Shown here one piece after another: positions 61,091 through 64,000 of a stretch of DNA of 64,000 bases. The stretch is from Alphaproteobacteria bacterium. GTDB lineage: Bacteria; Pseudomonadota; Alphaproteobacteria; GCA-2731375. The stretch covers positions 192,001-256,000 of the forward strand of contig CBDDBZ010000037.1 in the NCBI GenBank assembly GCA_965225945.1. Reading direction: 5' to 3'. The notes below the pieces were generated by a model, which was not told the origin of the DNA, ran no database searches, and worked only from the letters and a program-made list of their open reading frames with translations. The first letter of the stretch is position 1, and the number at the start of each line of letters is the position of its first letter. A program made the translations under genes and the position numbers.

Positions 61091-62670
61091 CTCGCCCTCC
61101 CATCGCCCGCCGCCGCCAGGATCGTCTCGCGAAGCCCCATGGGACCATCCAGGAACAGGCGCCGGTCCATCTCGCGCATCTCCGGGGCGACGGCGACCTC
61201 GAAGCCGATTTGATCCAGGACATCAGCTTGGAGACGAATGCCGGGCGCGATTTCGGTCACGACCAGCCCGTTATCCCTCATCCGCAGGACGGCCCGCTCG
61301 GTCACGAACATGACCTCCTGCCCGCGCTCACGCCCGAGGGCGCCGTTGTAGCTGATCTGCCCGACCTTGGTCACGAACTTGGCGAATCCGCCCTCCCGCT
61401 CGATGGCGATTTTCCCGCCCCCGATCGCCACCTCTAGGCCGCCGCCCCTCAGCGTGCCGCCGAAGACGATCCGCTTGGCGTTCTGGGTGATGTTGATGAA
61501 GCCGCCGGCGCCGTCGTTGCGGTCGCCGAAGCGGGTGACGTTGACGTTGCCCTCCGGGTCCACCTCGGCGAAGGAGACGAAGGCGATGTCGAGCCCGCCG
61601 CCGTCGTAGAAGTCGAACATGTAGCCTTGGTCGAGGATGATCCGGGGATTGACGGCGGAGCCGAAGTGGAGCCCTTGGCCGGGAATGCCGCCGACCACGC
61701 CCGCCTCGATCGTCGGAATTACCAGGTCGTCGATCCCTTCCTCCGCGACGACGTTGGGGATCGCCGCCGAGACCCCGACGCCGAGGTTGATCACCGCGCC
61801 GGGGGTGAGTTCGAAGGCGGCGCGACGCGCGATCAGCCGCCGGGGGCTCGGCGAATCGGGCGGGATCGATTCGAGCGGGCGCTGCTCCGCGCCGCAGAGG
61901 CTCGGATCGAAGCGGACGGCGTAGTTCTGCATCTGCTCCGGCTGGACGACGTAATGGTCGATCAGGAAGCCCGGGATCTGCGCCATCCGCGGATCCAGCG
62001 CACGCCCTGGCACCAGGCGCTCGACCTGACAGATCACCGTTCCGCCGGCGTTGTGCGCCGCTTGCGCCATCGAAAGTGCGTCGAGCGTGGCCGCCTCGTG
62101 TTCCAGGCCGACGTGACCCTCCGCGTCGGCCGAGGTGGCGCGGATCAACGCCACGTCGGGCACGGGCGCGCGGTAGAACAGGACTTCGCGACCGTCGAGC
62201 TCGATCACCTCGATCAGCTCCTCCGTGGTCGCCCGGTTCATCCGCCCGCCTTCCTGGCGCGGATCGACGTAGGTGTGGAGGCCGACATGGCTGATCACGC
62301 CCGGTAGCCGAGCGGCCATGGCGCGGTACATCTGGCACATAACGCCCTGGGGGAAGTTGTAGGCCTCGATCCGGTTCGCGCCGATCAGCGTCTTCATGAA
62401 GTCGAGCTGTAGGCCGTAGTTGCCGCCGATCACGCGGCGGACCAGGCCCTCGTGCGCGAGGCGGTTGAGCCCCTGGCTGGTCACCGCGCCGATCCCGGTG
62501 GTGTGCAGCAGGGTGAGATCGCGGGGGCGGCCCTTGGCCAGGAAACGCGCCTCCAGCGCCACCAGCACGGCCTCGGCGACGCCCATTCCGCCGGAGCCGC
62601 CGACGATGACCACTTGGCCGTCGCCGATCAGCCCGGCCGCCGCCTCGGCGTCGATGACACGCTCCCGCAT
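61087..62670 (-). CDS. acyl-CoA:acetate CoA-transferase (YdiF/Pct type)
   Basis: EAYNFPQG, VGLHTYVDPR, NLGVG, TIEAG, GAGGFINITQNAK. Confidence 0.93.
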   Translation of the reverse strand: MRERVIDAEAAAGLIGDGQVVIVGGSGGMGVAEAVLVALEARFLAKGRPRDLTLLHTTGIGAVTSQGLNRLAHEGLVRRVIGGNYGLQLDFMKTLIGANRIEAYNFPQGVMCQMYRAMAARLPGVISHVGLHTYVDPRQEGGRMNRATTEELIEVIELDGREVLFYRAPVPDVALIRATSADAEGHVGLEHEAATLDALSMAQAAHNAGGTVICQVERLVPGRALDPRMAQIPGFLIDHYVVQPEQMQNYAVRFDPSLCGAEQRPLESIPPDSPSPRRLIARRAAFELTPGAVINLGVGVSAAIPNVVAEEGIDDLVIPTIEAGVVGGIPGQGLHFGSAVNPRIILDQGYMFDFYDGGGLDIAFVSFAEVDPEGNVNVTRFGDRNDGAGGFINITQNAKRIVFGGTLRGGGLEVAIGGGKIAIEREGGFAKFVTKVGQISYNGALGRERGQEVMFVTERAVLRMRDNGLVVTEIAPGIRLQADVLDQIGFEVAVAPEMREMDRRLFLDGPMGLRETILAAAGDGRAR

Positions 62671-62678
62671 GCCCTCTC

Positions 62679-63443
62679 TCAGCGGCCCGTGTAGCGCGGC
62701 TTGCGCTTCTCGAGGAAGGCGGCGACCCCCTCGTCGTGATCGCGGGTCTGCCAGAGCAGCATCTTGCGCTCCAGGCTGAGGCTCTCGTCCAAGGGCTTCT
62801 GAAAGGCCATCAGCACCTCCGCCTTCGCCATCTGGACGGCGATCGGGGAATGCTCGGCGATCAGCGCGGCGATCTCCAGCGCACGCTCCACGGTACGCTC
62901 GACCGGCGTCACCTCCACCGCCAAGCCCCACAGCAGCGCGGTCCGGGCGTCGATGAACTCGCCGGTCAGGACCATCATCATCGCCCGGGTCTTGCCGACG
63001 AGGCGCGGCAGCCGCTGAGTGCCGCCGTCGCCCGGAAAGGCGGCAATTCTGACTTCCGGCGTGCCGAAGCGCGCGTTCTCGCCGGCGACGACGATGTCGC
63101 AGAGCAACACCAGCTCGCAGCCGCCGCCCAGCGCATAGCCGTTGACGGCGGCAATCAGCGGCTTGGCGAAGCTCTCGATCGTCTTCCAGGCACGGAGCCG
63201 GCCGGCCTCGGCGAACATGGGAATGCCGCCCTCGGGCATCTCCTTGATGTCGGCGCCGGCGGAAAACGCGCGCTCGCTTCCCGTCAGCACGACGCAGCGG
63301 ACCTCGCCCGACCCCGCCGCCTCGTCCAAGGTCGCGGCAAGTTCCGAGAGCAGGGTTTTGTTCAAGGCGTTCAGGACCTCGGCGCGATCGAGGCGGATCA
63401 GCAAGGTGCCCGGCAGAGGGCGGGTGACCTCGATCGTTTCCAT
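62679..63443 (-). CDS. enoyl-CoA hydratase/isomerase
   Basis: FSAGADI, ALGGGCE, GGTQRL, AFLEKRKP. Confidence 0.94.
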   Translation of the reverse strand: METIEVTRPLPGTLLIRLDRAEVLNALNKTLLSELAATLDEAAGSGEVRCVVLTGSERAFSAGADIKEMPEGGIPMFAEAGRLRAWKTIESFAKPLIAAVNGYALGGGCELVLLCDIVVAGENARFGTPEVRIAAFPGDGGTQRLPRLVGKTRAMMMVLTGEFIDARTALLWGLAVEVTPVERTVERALEIAALIAEHSPIAVQMAKAEVLMAFQKPLDESLSLERKMLLWQTRDHDEGVAAFLEKRKPRYTGR

Positions 63444-63465
63444 GCGCGGATCTCCTCCGGGCGCG

Positions 63466-64000
63466 TCAGGCGGGCGTCGGCGCCGCATCGGGGAGCAGTC
63501 CCGCCCGCTTCAGCTCGGACCAGAGGGTAGGAGGGATGGGATGGTCGAACAATCGGAAGATCTCCTGCGCCCGGGCCGCCGAGCCGATGCCGGGCAAAAC
63601 CGAGGCGACGGCCGGATGCGCGAGCGGAAAGCGCAAGGCCGCCGCCGCCAGCGGGACGCCGTGTCGGGTGCAGATCCGCTCGATCCGGCGGGTCTTGTCG
63701 AGAATGTCGGTGGGTGGCGGAGAATCAAAATAGGTCGCGCCGGAATCGGCGCCTCGGGCTAGGATACCGGAGTTGAACGGCGCGCCCACGATCACGCCAA
63801 TTCCCCGCCGCGAACATTCGGGAAATATCGTCCCCAGCGCCGCGTGATCTAGCAGGGTGTAGCCGCCGGCGAGCAGGACGACATCGAGGTCCGCCTGGGC
63901 CAAACAGGCGGCCACCACCCGGCAATCGTTCACGCCGACGCCGACGGCGCCGACGACGCTGGTGTCCCGTAGTTCTCGGAGCGTCGGCAGCGCATCCCTC
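63466..64000 (-). CDS. aldo/keto reductase (5' partial)
   Basis: GVGVN, YTLLD, APFNSGIL, ALRFPLAHPAV; open beyond window end. Confidence 0.88.
   Translation of the reverse strand, partial: RDALPTLRELRDTSVVGAVGVGVNDCRVVAACLAQADLDVVLLAGGYTLLDHAALGTIFPECSRRGIGVIVGAPFNSGILARGADSGATYFDSPPPTDILDKTRRIERICTRHGVPLAAAALRFPLAHPAVASVLPGIGSAARAQEIFRLFDHPIPPTLWSELKRAGLLPDAAPTPA

Overview
High-GC, Alphaproteobacteria-like chromosomal window (taxon inferred from gene style only). Core and catabolic genes (gyrA, purB, tRNA-Ser(GCT), tRNA-Lys(TTT), CoA transferases, hydantoinase/oxoprolinase pair, IlvD-like dehydratase, membrane desaturases) are interspersed with a dense mobilome whose ends and target-site duplications (TSDs) are readable in the sequence. 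(1) A 4.14-kb IS21-family element (5896-10036, 7-bp TSD) carries a four-gene coupled operon: a Cys-rich protein, IstA, IstB and a DUF3991/TOPRIM-like protein with apparently substituted catalytic residues. This is the best candidate for an undescribed system. (2) A three-level nest: a tyrosine-recombinase/IS91 element contains an IS1595, which contains an IS66 carrying a coupled DPPY adenine methyltransferase. (3) A tRNA-Lys-anchored island (28.2-41.2 kb) holds a two-partner secretion locus broken by IS256, an IS3-like element, IS21 and frameshifts. (4) There are two near-identical IS1595 copies, one beside a tRNA-Arg(TCG) split by a garbled IS fragment. A CI-like repressor and a DUF6456-like gene form a divergent switch with three operator-like palindromes, and four TGTCTCGA boxes sit at exact 14-bp spacing before gyrA. 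No CRISPR array or rRNA was seen. All family calls come from motif recognition by eye, not database searches.
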